A stretch of DNA of 64,000 nt from the human T2T-CHM13v2.0 reference genome, Homo sapiens, in NCBI RefSeq assembly GCF_009914755.1, contig NC_060931.1; one strand, 5' to 3'. Shown here in pieces: positions 1-16,600 of the stretch. The stretch's first letter is position 1; every line of letters begins with the position of its first letter. A model generated the notes under the pieces. That model did not search any database. It had not been told where the DNA came from and saw only the letters and a program-made list of their open reading frames with translations. The position numbers and the translations under genes were made by a program.

Positions 1-164
1 GCAGCCAGCTCCTAAAATTTGGAAACATGCTTCCTTCTTGTCTTTTCTGTTTAAGTTTCCAAATCAGGCTTTATAAAATCAAGTTTCATAAAACACTTTA
101 TGAAATAGTGATACTGCTTGGTTAAATATAAGAAGAACATTCTGCTTTAACTTCAGCTATTCCA

Positions 165-412
165 AGGCCAACTGGTACACTGAAAGTCAATTCTGACACT
201 AACCACCCAGAGATAGTGTCAAACCAGACAAATTTAAGGCCAGGGTCCCCAACAAGACCACCCCCACTTTAGATGCCAGACACAAGTTAAGGGGGTTCTC
301 AGGTTACCTACACTTCTGATTAACTGGGTGTAAAGTTGGGGATTCCAATGACTCCCTTCAGATGTAATAATTCACAGGAATGACTCAGAGAACTCAGGAA
401 AGTGCTGTATTT
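165..412 (-). mobile_element. MER21-family LTR, left part (split by L1 insertion)
   Basis: caattctgacactaaccacc...aagaccacccccacttt...actcaggaaagtgct matches the recalled MER21 LTR; it continues at 3475 after the L1. Left boundary approximate. Confidence 0.75.
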
Positions 413-3474
<3,062 letters not shown>

Positions 3475-3984
3475 GGAAAGTGCTATATTTATGATTACAG
3501 TTTTATTACAAAGGATGCAAATCAGGAAAACCAACCCAATGAAGAGATGTATGGGATGAGGTCTGGGAGAAAATGCAGATCTCTTTTCTCTCTTCATGGA
3601 ATAAGGGCATGTCACCATCCTGGCACATGAATGCTCTCTGGCACGGAAAGTTCCACTGAGCTTTGATGTTCAGAAATTTTATTGGGGTTTCATTGCATAG
3701 CTATGATAGATTGAATTATTGGTCACATGTTCGAACTCAATCTCCAGCCCTCCTACCCTCTCCAGAAGTTGGGCTGATATCACATAGTTCATAGTTCTAA
3801 CCCTCTAATTACATGATTAGGTTTTCCAACATGAGCTGTCCCTGTTAAGAAGCTATCTAGGGGCTGACCATGTGGTGCCTCCTTGGCATAACAAAGATAC
3901 TGATAAAACTCTGAAAATTTCAAGGATTTAGAGATTTCCTCCTAGGAATCAAGAACACAGTTCAGTAAAATTCCTTATTTTACA
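3475..3984 (-). mobile_element. MER21-family LTR, right part
   Basis: Resumes exactly at the TSD (tatgattacagttttattacaaaggat...gaactcaatctccagccc...) and ends near ...ttattttaca. Confidence 0.75.
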
Positions 3985-4708
3985 AAAGAATCACACAAAC
4001 ATACATATACTCATCTTTGCCAAAGAACATTACTGCTTAATAATAATATTGTAGTTATCATTACTATTATCTGTTGCTATCTGTCATTAAAGAACTAAAA
4101 AATCCTATGTCTATGATACACTGTAGAAATTTTTTATATTGAAAATATATACAGAGAGAAATTCTCAAGGAAAATGTTTTGCTATTTGGACAATATACAA
4201 AGACTCGGTTCTTGATTAAATATTTTTAAAATTTGTAAATTATGAGAGAGGATGTTCTAAAGCCTGGGATTATATTCAGCTCATGTTAATGATGGGCATT
4301 GGGGAAAAATGAGCAAATTATACATAAACCAATAGAGACTATAAAACTTCTGAGTGATCAGTAGTGCAGTGTGTTTAATTAGGCATAAGGAAACTATATT
4401 CATGTTTTTTTGACCCTGTCCCTAGCTGGCTGTGCTGTCTTGAAGACCTGGATGCTCTCAATTTCTCTCTTCCATTTCCTACATGTATAAGTCATATACA
4501 ATTATTATTATAATAATTAAAAATACATATTCTTATTTTAAAAATGTAAAAGTCTTTACATTTGATATATAGTGTCAAAGTGGGGCTAAGGCCGTAACCT
4601 CACAGGGTACTGGCACCTTAAGTTGGCAATGGAGTTCCAGATTTCAGTGCCTCAGAGAAATGTAGTCTGAATATATTCCACAAGAGTCAATGGACTGCAG
4701 ACCATATT

Positions 4709-5151
4709 TGATATGATTTGGCTCTGTGTTTTCCCTCAAGTCTCATGTTGAATTGTAATCCATGGTGTTGGGGGAGGGGTCTGGTGGGAGGTGACTGAAT
4801 TGTAGAGGTGGACTTCCTCCTTGCTGTTCTCGTGATAGTGAGTGAGTTCTCATGAAATCTGATTAAGTGTTTGACATCCCCCCTCACCCACCACCCTCAG
4901 GCTGCCATGTAAGACATGCCTTGCTTCCTCTTTGCCTTCTGCCATGATTGTAAGTTTCCTGAGGCCTCCAGAGCCATGTGGAACTGTGAGTGAATTACAT
5001 CTCTTTTCTTAATAAATTACCCAGTCTCAGGCAGCTCTCTCCAGCAGTGTAAAAATGGACTAGTACACTGTGAGTCAATTAAACCTCTTTTCTTCACAAA
5101 TTACCCGGTCTTAGGTAGTTCTCTGTAGCAGTGTGAGACTGGAATAATACA
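4709..5151 (+). mobile_element. MSTA-type MaLR solo LTR with duplicated 3' end
   Basis: tgatatgatttggctctgtg...taataca; 5-bp TSD atatt at 4704-4708 and 5152-5156; the terminal 84 bp occur twice (4984-5067, 5068-5151). Confidence 0.88.
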
Positions 5152-5343
5152 ATATTCCCCTATATATAAATGAAACCTGTGAAACCTCTATTTTTGTGTC
5201 TAATTTTGCATTAAGAAACATCATTCTTATGAATGTGAAGGGAGAAAGCAAAAAACTCTAAATGATTAATAATTAGTCAAATACAGGGTATTGACTTCAG
5301 TTCTAAAAAGTGAAATCCCTGAAGAGACATAAAACATGCTTCT

Positions 5344-5443
5344 GAGTTGTGAACGCTTAAAAACTGAGCTGAAACTACTTAAATATTGCCCAAGAGTTGT
5401 AAACCCTTAAAAACTGAGCTGAAACTACTTAAATATTGCCCAA
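5344..5443. repeat. Tandem duplication, 2 x 50 bp
   Basis: gagttgt(g/a)aac(g/c)cttaaaaactgagctgaaactacttaaatattgcccaa occurs twice with 2 mismatches. Confidence 0.95.
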
Positions 5444-5449
5444 GAAGAA

Positions 5450-6770
5450 AGAAGACGTGGAAGAGAGAAAGAAAAGTAAATTAATGGAAAATAAACACAT
5501 CAACAAAAATTACAAAGCATATGAACAAATCCAACTCCGTGATACGGATTCTCTGCCATTGCAAATTAACACACAAACATAAAAACAACAGCAAAAAGCA
5601 ACAAAAGAAAATATTTACTCACAAAAATAGGAAACTAAATAATCTAGAAAGTGCTTCAAGTAAACATGTTTAAAATTCTTGAAGAAATAAAGGAGAAAAT
5701 AATATCCATAAAACAAAAGTAGGGGTTACTGAAACAAAAGCATACTTGTAAATCATGAAGAAAAAGTTAATAAAATGGAAACAAAAATGAACATTATACT
5801 TGAGACAGTTGAAGAAAAAACTTGTAATAGAGAACTTTGAAAATTACTGTGACTACAGCCTAAAAAGAGACACATATATGTATAAATATATGTGTGTGTG
5901 TCTATATATGTGTGTGTGTATATATATATATATATAAAACATGTGAGTGTCTGTGTGCGTGTTTGAAATTCAGAGAAATAAAGCATAGATTTAGATTCTC
6001 TAGTAAAATCTGTTTCCAGAAAGAGAAGCTAGCAATTTCCAAAATTGAAGAGCGATGTAAGTCTTTATACAGAAAGAATACTCTAAATGCTACATATAAT
6101 AAAAAAAAAAATCAGGTAGACTGGACCTTATGTCATTAAGATTGCAAACTGTTCAATGAAACAATGGTGAAAAAAACATATTTTGGGACATCTAAAGACT
6201 AAAATGTATTATCTTCTCTTGAGAATGTAATTGAAATTTCTGTAAAGGGTATATTTTAGCAACAAGAAAAAAATAAATCCTGAAGAAAAAATTGTGACGC
6301 AAGAAAAAATGTTCAGCAAAGGCATTGATAAACATATATTGGGAAAATAAAAAGTAATGACTAAAAATATAATTTTTTGAATATTTAAAATAAAGAAGAA
6401 CTAACATTGTAGTCAACCATTAGATGAAATGTAGAATAAATAGCTCTTACTTGCTATGTCTTACCTGAGAGAAGGTTAGAGGCACTGATTAAGTCTCAGG
6501 TTTTATTAAAATAAATTAAGTAGGAGTGTTAACAAGTTTTAAGGGAAATACCAATAAAGAATTAAAAAAGAAACTGTTTCAATTCCAAAGTAGGCAGGAA
6601 AGAAAAAACAGGCAAAGATATAATATGATAATAGAAAATATAAAATAAAATGAATGAAATTTGTTCAACTATAAGTAATCACAGTACATATAAACTTCAT
6701 TACAAGAAAGAAACTCTAGAAACAACTATAACTTATTTATAGTTGGCACAACCAAAATAAAGTGGCACAA
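5450..6770 (+). mobile_element. Highly degraded ancient L1M/HAL1-type fragment
   Basis: Very A-rich + strand with L1/HAL1 ORF1-like character; subfamily not resolvable by eye. Confidence 0.45.
5875..5936. repeat. Compound (TA)n/(TG)n microsatellite
   Basis: Directly visible. Confidence 0.9.
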
Positions 6771-7523
6771 GGCTGTGAACAGAATGTTTATCACTCTGTA
6801 CTCCCCCTAGTCCCTCCCAGTGCCAATTCATATGTTGAATTCTAAATCTCCAATATGATAGTACTTGGAGATGGAGGCTTTAGGAGGTATCTTAGTCTGT
6901 TTGGCTTGTTGTAACAAAATTCCATAGACTGAGTGACTTCTAACAACTGAAATTTATCTCTCATGGTTCTGGAGGCTGGGAAGTCTAAGATCAAAGCATC
7001 AGCAGATTTGGTGTCTGGTGAGGGTCTGTTTTCTGGTTCATAGGTGACACCTCCCTGCTCTGTCCTCACGTGATAGAAGAAGCAAGGCAGCTCTCTGGGG
7101 CCTCATTTATAAGGGCACTAATCTCATTCATGAAGGTACTGCCTTCATCTAATCACCCCTCAAAGGTCTTACCTCCTAATTTCATCATATTGGTGATTAG
7201 GTTTCAACATGTGAATTTTGGAGGGACACAAACATTCAGCCTATAGCAGGAGGAAATTAGGTCATAAAGTTGTAACCCTCATGAATAAGATTATTGCCCT
7301 TATAAAAGACACCAGAGAGATGATTGTTCTCTGCTCTCCACCGTGTGAGGATCCAAGAAGATGACCATCTGCAAACCAGGAATCAGGCCATCAACAGACA
7401 TTGAATCTGCTGGTACCTTGACCTTGGACTTTCCAGCTTCCAAAACAGTGAGAAATAAATGTTTCTTGTTTAGGCTACCCAGTAGATGCCATTCTGTTAC
7501 AGCAGCCTGAATGCATTAAAACA
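6771..7523 (+). mobile_element. MLT1A-type LTR (outer element, interrupted at 6888-7248)
   Basis: MLT1 5' part (...aattcatatgttgaa...gctttaggagg) and 3' part (...agaaataaatgtttc...gcagcctgaatgcattaaaaca); flanks cacaa/cacag are a near-TSD. Confidence 0.8.
6888..7248 (-). mobile_element. MLT1A0-type solo LTR nested in the opposite orientation
   Basis: 361 bp, tatcttagtc...cattcagcctatagca, with perfect 5-bp TSD ggagg at 6883-6887 and 7249-7253. Confidence 0.88.
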
Positions 7524-7884
7524 CACAGAAAGATTAAAAAGAAGGGAATGGAAAATAATCACTAGTACCACCTCCATGCTACTCTTGCTACTTTCACAAC
7601 CATAAGCAACATTTATGGAGTGCTTCCTTTGTTCTAAACATTATTCTAGGACCTTTACACATTTTATCTTACTCATTCTCATTGCAAGCTTAAAGTAAAA
7701 AGTAATATAATAGTACTAATACCAGGTGAACAGAGTTTATGAAAATAACATTTCCTCCTTAAGCCATTTTAACCCCATACTAGCTACACTACTGATAAAT
7801 ATCAAAGGGATTTTTCTGAGATGAAAATCTGACCATGTCAGTTATTTTCTTCAAGGCTTTCATTTTCTACATCATAAATAATAC

Positions 7885-8133
7885 AGGCAATTAAACTTCT
7901 ACAGCACTAACTACATCTCAGGAACTCTCTGACTACTTTATATGTGTATGTAGCTCATTTAACCATCACACAACATTATGAGGTTGTTAATGAATCCCAT
8001 TCTTCAGATGATTAAATGAGGCACTGAGGCATAATTTTCCCAAGCTTACACAGCCATTAAGTGGCAGAGCTGTGAGTTGAATCCAGGAGTACATGGCTCT
8101 AGAGATCATGCTTCTAACCACATTATGCCACCT
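7885..8133 (-). mobile_element. MIR SINE
   Basis: MIR core in antisense (cccattcttcagatga...cccaagcttacacagccattaagtggcagagctg). Confidence 0.8.
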
Positions 8134-8490
8134 ATCTCAACAAACACTTTGACTTCTAAAATTTTATTTTTGAACTCTTACATATTTTGTCACCGTGTCT
8201 CTCATCAACTTTCAACACACACTGTAATTTATCTATAACAAACTATTAAGCTTATGATTTCTGCAATTTCAAACTTAGTACCTTTACTGGTGCTACTTTC
8301 TTGGGCTGAAGTAGCCTTTCTATCTGGTGTACTTAGAAACACCATTCAAAATTCAGCTCAGGAATATTATCTTCTCTGAAGCCTTCTCTGGTACTATGGG
8401 TGAGAATCAAAATATTTAATAACAAGTAGGAAGAGGTACCAACCAAGTAGAATAAATGCTTTGATCAATTAGAAGCAATGCTGGGTACAA

Positions 8491-10023
8491 TCACTGCAGC
8501 AGTTTGGTCCCTGAGTTCTTGGCTCTCACATAAATAGAAAATAACACCAGGCCAAACAGAAATTGTTCTCAGGCCAAGTTTGATAGGCTTGTGGCTCAAG
8601 CAAAGCAAGGGGGCAGTGTATGAGAAAGGGATCCTGGTGCTAACTTCTGCAGGGGCTTAGCTCTTGTCATTTTAAGGAAGCCGAGGGGTAAAAAGGAGCA
8701 ATATGCAGGCATGAAGAGGCAGGGAACTTTTAGCACCTGTGCAGTTCGACAACATGCCTCTTCATGCATTTCATGTCTCATGTTAAATTTCCACCTCTGG
8801 GTGTAATGACATTATAGTGAGGAAAAACTCAGTGAAAGCTCAGCACTAGAGGCCATCTTGTCTTTAGCTGGCTGGATCTGATTAGATTTTTATCAGGAAT
8901 GCTGGAGTCCCGCTTTGACAATCTTTGGAGAAGTAACTCAAGGAAATAAATGGGTAGGTTCTTTCTTTCATGGTTGGGAATTCAGCTTGGTCAGCTAAGT
9001 TAGGAGGAGGCATCTTTCTGCTACATAACTTGGGTCAGCTTATTAAGGGAGGCAAGAAGGTAAGGGAGGGAATATGCCTGGACATGTGACGCCCATGTGG
9101 TCTTGAAAACGGGAAAGGTTTCCTTGTCCCCTTAGCAGGGCATGTAGTGGGGGCTGTGGCTTGCTTCAGTGCCCCAACACTCAAACCTTGTGGGAGCATA
9201 CAGATGGGCAGGCTGTGGGGCTGTGACCCGACAGCAATGTCTAGAGGTCAATGATCACAGCTCCTGAAGCCCCAGTGGGCGTGTGTTACAGGGTGCTCTT
9301 TTAGTTTGCAGTCTATAAGCGGCTTGGGTTAACCAGCTCAATCAGATCCTCTACCTTGTCACAAGGACAGACGGCTTTTTGTATCCCAGGTTCTTGCCTT
9401 GGTGTACCGGAAGAATCTTATCACAGGTGGGCTTGGAGAATGAGTGCAAAGTTTTATTTAGTGGAAGTAGCTCTTAGACGATCAGGGAGCCAGAAGAGAG
9501 ACGGTTTTTCCCTGGAGCTGGGCCGCTCCGCAGCCCCAGCTCTCCTCTGATTGCCGCGGCAAAACTCTGCCTCATCCCACTGATCACATCGGCTGTCCGG
9601 TGTCTGTCAGTGTGCTTGTGCTCCCTCCATGTCCTTTTCGACCTCTAGCCACTTGTGTCTTATTCTGCTGACTTACTCCTCTCAAAGTCGGCCCACCTGT
9701 GTCTGCCTGCTAGGGTATCAGGTTTTTTTTTTTTTTTTAATAGGCACAGGATGGGGGCGTGGCAAGCCAGGGTGGTCTTGGGAAATGCAACATTTGGGCA
9801 GGAAATGCCTGTCCTCACCTAGGTCTATGGGGGTGGAGCCTAGCCAGGGACAACGGCCTCCTCTACCCAGCACTTCCCTTCCCCTCTACCCAGCACTTCC
9901 CTTCCCCTCTTCTGTATCATTTAAAGGGAACATGTTCTTCCCTTCCCAGCACTTCCCGTCCGTGTCAGTCTTGGTTACCATGTCTCGTCTGCCAGGACTG
10001 AGTCTCTTTCCTATATTGTCTCA
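8491..10023 (-). mobile_element. ERV1-class LTR (MER50/MER83-like), outer element
   Basis: cacctgtgcagt...catgtctcatgttaaatttccacctctgggtgt motif; continues after the inner LTR as ...cctatattgtctca. Family and boundaries approximate. Confidence 0.55.
9104..9967 (-). mobile_element. ERV1 solo LTR (LTR27/LTR28, LTR1-related)
   Basis: TG...CA termini (tgaaaacggg...ccgtgtca); 4-bp TSD gtct at 9100-9103 and 9968-9971; minus-strand AATAAA; internal perfect 23-bp tandem at 9860-9905. Confidence 0.8.
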
Positions 10024-10164
10024 CAACTAGTATGCTCTGTGGTGGAGTGGGAAGAATATTGGACCAGCCCGGCACCCTTCATGTCCCTTTGAGCAGAAGT
10101 GGCTCATCAGTCGGCTGTGCCCTCTATCACTTCATACATGGGTGTTATAATAGAACTAGAGGTC

Positions 10165-10290
10165 CATCTTCCCCTGGAGGTGATCAGCTTCTTTAGGACA
10201 AAAACACTGTCTTTTTCATACTTACATTGCCAGCAAGAAACACAGTACTTGGCATGTACTTAGTGCCAAATAAATATTTGTTGACAGCGT
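10165..10290 (+). mobile_element. L2 3' end
   Basis: cacagtacttggcatgtacttagtgccaaataaatatttgttga resembles the L2 terminus. Confidence 0.7.
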
Positions 10291-13200
10291 GGAAGGAGAA
10301 ATGAAATCACTTATCCTTTCTAGGGTCTTGGTTTCCTTATTTGACACATTAAGAAATTTGGAGTAATTGAACTATAAGGTCCTTCCAAAAAATCTATAAA
10401 TTAAATGAATTTTATGAATTATGTCAGCTGACAAATAGTGATTAGATGGTTTCCCCACAATAGTTCACAAAGAAAATGCTCTTCAGTTAGACATTCTGAA
10501 ATATTTAATATTTTCAGCAGAATCATTTGAATCTTATCAAATCTACATTAGATACTTTGGAAAAGGCATACACTAAGCCTCCCATCAGCTTATATATTAT
10601 TTCTTGAAAGAAAAAGGTGGTAGAAAACATACCCCCAAAAAATTTGGTTGACATTTCATACAATGAATTTTTCTACTTCAGTAGACTTTGAAAAATTGTT
10701 GGTTAATTAATATATCAAGAAGAGTGGAATAGAAAGCGCTTATAATTGAGCTATTCAGATCCATAGCAGCTTGAATAAATTGAAGGGGTCATGAAAACTG
10801 TTTTGCCCTTTTCTTTTTTTGAGATTCATTCATTTGTCAGTTTAATGAGAATATCATCTAAAAATTTGATTTTCAGGAATGCCAAGAGTCAGAATTTAAC
10901 AAGGGAAGAAAAGATGCAAGTAGAAAAAGTAATAGTAAACAGAATAAAGGGAGATAGGCAAGAGAGAAGGGAGTGGGTAAAGAAGAGGAAGAATGTGTCT
11001 ATGATTGGATCCAAAAGTAAGGATTTTTAAAGTTAAGTCCCACTGGAAAAATGCAGAAGAGATATTTTTACCATAATGTGAGTTGACATGGGAGGGCAGC
11101 AGGTGAAAAGAAGGGCACAGCCTTTATTGCAGGAATATTCTATCTCATGTATGTGTATAAATAAGAGTCTAGCTTTTTCACATAAGCACATTGTGAAATA
11201 TGTCAGTAGAATTCAGTAATGCGTATTTTAAAACAAAGAGTTGGAGCCAGAAAATATTTACCTATCTACCTTGATTTGCTTGAAAATTTAATAACACAAA
11301 ATCTCTCTAAAGACACTATGGCTTACCACTACCCACATTATATTCTTTTTGTCATCATACACAAAGGAAGGTAATTTCAAAATCCTGAAAATAAACTAAA
11401 ACAGAATGGAGAATCATTATCATTGAACTTTGACACAGCAGTCTGATTTTGCAAAGTGAAATTTTTAGGCCCATGACATTTTTGTTTTCAGGTACTTTAT
11501 CATTATTGCTTTTAGAATTCTCTTTTAGATACCAAATTATTAATTTAACTCTTCATTGCCTGAACCAAAATTTAATTGCCAAATTGGCTTTGGCAATTAA
11601 GTGTTAGATTAATAATTTGATTCTTAGATTATTATGTTGAACCTCAATTTGATCATTAGAGTACTATGTTGAAACTGTTAGGCTCTATGTCTTTTAAAAA
11701 TTTTTAACTGGTAGCTATTTAATATATTCTGTGGAATGATACTCTACCTTGAAAAAGATTTAATTTACATTGGCAAGCTGTCTTCTCTTCCAATTCATAG
11801 CTTTTCACATTTAGAATACAATAAAACTAAGTTGAAAGTTGAGTACTAGTTCTCAGAATTTGGTACCTTTCACTGCCACACAGTGAAAAAGAGAAACTGA
11901 ATTTATACAAATCATTTTTCTCTTTTCCCTTTCCCATAATTTGTTCCTTGTCACTTTAATTTTTTCAACCTACTTATATAAAACATATATTGAGAACAAC
12001 AGAGACCATCGAGCCATATATGTTAACTTGTAACTTGAATATCCCCAAATCTGAGATGTGGATTTAACAGGTCACAGAGCATATTTACATTTGACCAAAT
12101 CACTATTTTTTTTTGTTTAAGTGTTTAAAGGACATAACTAGTCTGTCGAATTAGACTATTATTTTGATAGAATCTAGTGAATGCTGTGTATCTTTTAAAA
12201 CAATCTTAGCATATAAATGCTTCTTTAATGAAAAATCAAAATCTAGACAAATTGATGATGAATTTCAGTGCTAATCAACCAAATGAACCACTTTTCCGTT
12301 ATGTGAATTGGTTGCCAGGCTGTCATAAAGCTCTGAACAGAAGCCTTCTAGTATTCATAACACTATTTAATTTATATTGGGCTGTAGAATGCAGTTCTGA
12401 GAATGGGTACTGGTTGTAGCTTTCTTTGTGATACTTCTAGGTGTGAAGCAATGATAACTTTGTAGCTGTCAGTGGTGGAAGAGTGGAAGCTATTTGCTTC
12501 CTAGATGTTCCTGCTTTTATTTTATTTTAAACAGCAATCTGTTTGCTGTTTCAAATTAAGATGCCATCAGCCAGGGCAATTTGAGAAGAGCAAATTGTGT
12601 TCCTGTGAGCTGTCTTGTTCAATGGTTGCAGTGTAAATAAAAGTGAAACAGCTTTTTTAAAATTATTTGTTTCAAGTGTAACAACTCAATGAAGTAAAAT
12701 AAAGACAGTTTTGCTTTTGCCAAGACAACAGGCTTTGCTCTCACAATACATATGATGTTGAGATATTTTTCTTGTGTTCGGATTTCAGGAAATAATATAT
12801 TGAATAAATCATATGTAAAATATGTTGTAAGCACAAAACAATTAAAAATCACCAGAAAATTTCTGAATTGTAGAATTCCTTAATATTATAGCATGAATGA
12901 ATGAAAGTAAAACTGTTATATTGTAGGATAAGATGATTAAAGGAAATTTTAGGGATATTAGTTTGGAATGGGGTGAATAGGACAAATTGGAAATGGACAG
13001 ACTGGAGTCAGAGAGATAAAGTAGGAAACTAAGAATTTTCACTGTTTAGGCTGAGAAAATAACTTTAGTAATAATCTAGTGGGGCTTTTATTTTGCAGGT
13101 GAGAAGTGAGGCCCTAGAGAAGTTAACTTGACCAAAATTAATCAGTCACAGCGTGATTTATCAATCTAAATTTCCTAACACCACTTCTGTCCAGTAGGTA

Positions 13201-13486
13201 TTTTTATTATAACATGCTACTTCTAAGATTGATTTCTGAAAATAAACAATTCTAAATCTCTGATATTTCACACTAACTTAGGTCTGGTAGGAGAGAAAAA
13301 GACTCCTGTACTGAAGAAATTGCCAACTTTTTTCTGGGTTTTTTTTTTTAAACAAGGAATAAGAAAGACATTGTGGATTAGGAGTTAGGCCACTTGAATT
13401 AAGTAACAGGTTTTACCAAAATCTTGCTGATATTTGATGAAAGTTTCACTATTATTTATCATGAAGTGAAAAAAACCTTAATCTTC

Positions 13487-14250
13487 AGGAATTTCAGGTC
13501 CACAGGCCATTTCATGAGAAGCATTGGCAGAGTTTGTAAAATTTATAAAAGTAAATATTTGAACACAGTCAATTAATACCACAGTCTCTATTTTCTGACC
13601 TCCATTTGGCCACATGGCCCCTTATGTGGGTGGCATTGGAGTGACCACAGGCATTTTTGACATGACACTCTAAGGAAAAGTTAAGTTGATAAATTTAAGT
13701 TTCCGTTTAATGGAATTGTATTTATTTGGTTTGTAGTCACATTGTGAACAGGGTGTTTTCTATCTATCCAAGTGAAGGAATGGTTTCCAAAAATTCTTCT
13801 ACACCCCTTTGAAAAAACAGACTCAATGACATTAACAACAACGTGATTATGAGCACTGTCAATTCAAAGAGTATTACAGAGTAGTTACAACACAACAGAA
13901 CTTGAAATGCCCTAACATATTACAGATCATACAAATTTTTAAATCTTATTGCTCATCTACAAAAGAAACTTGATAGATAATTCCCCAAATTTAACAACAA
14001 TTTAAAGAATTTACGTGACAATGATTTGGGAAGCTAAATTGTCAATAACAGATAACAAATAACTTGTCATCAACCATGCTAGAGAAAATACTAAATTCCT
14101 TTCCTACTATCTTTATAGAAAATATTAATGTATTTGAAGAGGTAATCAGAATGTATTCCAAAATATAACCAATAAGTATGTAAGACAGTTAACTAATACA
14201 ATTACTATATTACTTTTTCTGGATTTTGTGATGTTTGTCAACTTTTAGGA
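13487..14250 (+). mobile_element. Zaphod/MER115-type hAT-Tip100 DNA transposon, internally deleted
   Basis: gcattggagtgaccacaggcattttt (5' region) and tcaaccatgctagagaaaatactaaat...tttttctggattttgtgatgtttgtc (decayed hAT dimerisation-domain region and 3' region). Confidence 0.7.
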
Positions 14251-14524
14251 ATCAAGATAAAGAGAGCTAAGGAAAACGGAGACAAGAAATCCTGGACATT
14301 TTCCCTCATCCATTTGAGGGTTGTTCTCAGATAAGTGTGTATATATACACACATATAAGATTATTCATTGAGATATAGGCAAAAATACTTTGACGTCTCT
14401 CTATATATTTTCTTAAAAACCTTTAATTTCTTTATATACTTATATTCTCACATAATTTTACATAAATGTAATGTTATACATTTTCTGTAATCATTGTTTT
14501 TACCTGTTTTTTCTTAATGGGAAT

Positions 14525-15510
<986 letters not shown>

Positions 15511-15559
15511 TTTCTCCATTGATTAAAGATTGTTGGACATGTTTTCCATGACTGCTGAA

Positions 15560-16600
15560 TATTCAGATACACTGCATAAGAATTAATATTTTTCTTTTCT
15601 TTTTTTTGCCACTAAGAATAATGCAGCAGTAAGCACCAATAACATATGTCCTCATGTACTGTTAGTTTTCTTTCTGTGGGATAGAGTCCATTCATGGCTA
15701 AACCAAATAGTAGACATATTTATTTTAATTTTAATAAATGTTGAATTTTTTTAAAAGGCTGTGTAAGTCAACATTTTTACCTGAAGGCTTCTTTTTTTGT
15801 ACTATATTGATTATCCTATAGCTCTAGCAGAAAGAGATATGATAGTCTTTTTTAATGTATACCAATTCAATGGGCAAATGCGTTATCTCATTTTTAATTT
15901 TTATTTCTCCATTTATGAGATTTTGATTATGTTTTTATATTTGAGATTTTGGTTGTATTTTTATAATTGCTGGCCATTTGGATATGTTATTTTGTTAATT
16001 GTTAATACATATTTTTATTCATATTTCTATTTTTTGTCTTTCTGTCAATTTATGCATGTTATTTTTTATTGTGTAGGTACTTGTCATTGCAAAATTGTTT
16101 GTAGAAATAATCCAAGGTCTTTTATGATGTTTTCTGTCTCCAGAGAAGACTTGTGTTTTCATCTTCCAGGCTGGTACTTCATGGTGTCTCTAGCAATGCA
16201 GAATTGTTCGAATCTATTTCAAGAATTGAAATGGTTCAAATCTCAGCTTCAGTCTACACTAAGGTGTAACTACTGCTTTTTATTTACAAGATTTAGTATT
16301 TTTTCCCTTTCTCAAATTCTTACAGCTTTCTACTCTAATTTTGAAATCCCTATCCTGAGAAGGCCTTCAAAAGGCACTATTCAATGTCTTATCCTCTCTG
16401 ACATTTCTTTTGGAATCTGCAAGAAAAAAGCGACACCAAATTTCTGGGCTCATCTTCCTAAGCCTCTAGGTAAATATTTACTGTTTAGTTAACTCTCTTA
16501 GCCTTTTATGGAGATTTTAAAAAATATGGCATTGAACTTTTCTACTCAGAGTTTAGGCCAGACTACTCAATCCCAGAACTTGATAACCTAGATCTGAAAT
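15560..16600 (-). mobile_element. Degraded L1M (L1ME/HAL1-type) fragments
   Basis: T-rich antisense L1M motifs (ttttaattttaataaatgttg...gggcaaatgcgttatctcatt). Confidence 0.55.

Noticed and set aside
5344-5443. Direct repeats as a CRISPR-like array
   Set aside because: There are only two head-to-tail copies, no spacers, and the context is eukaryotic.
12255-12336. C/D-box snoRNA-like spacing (ATGATGA...CTGA)
   Set aside because: There is no terminal stem and no recognisable rRNA/snRNA guide; such motifs are expected by chance.
15797-16492. Longest ORF in the track (231 aa, hydrophobic)
   Set aside because: It starts at TTG and lies in T-rich antisense old L1/HAL1 sequence; the F/L/I/Y richness is compositional and I see no recognisable domain.
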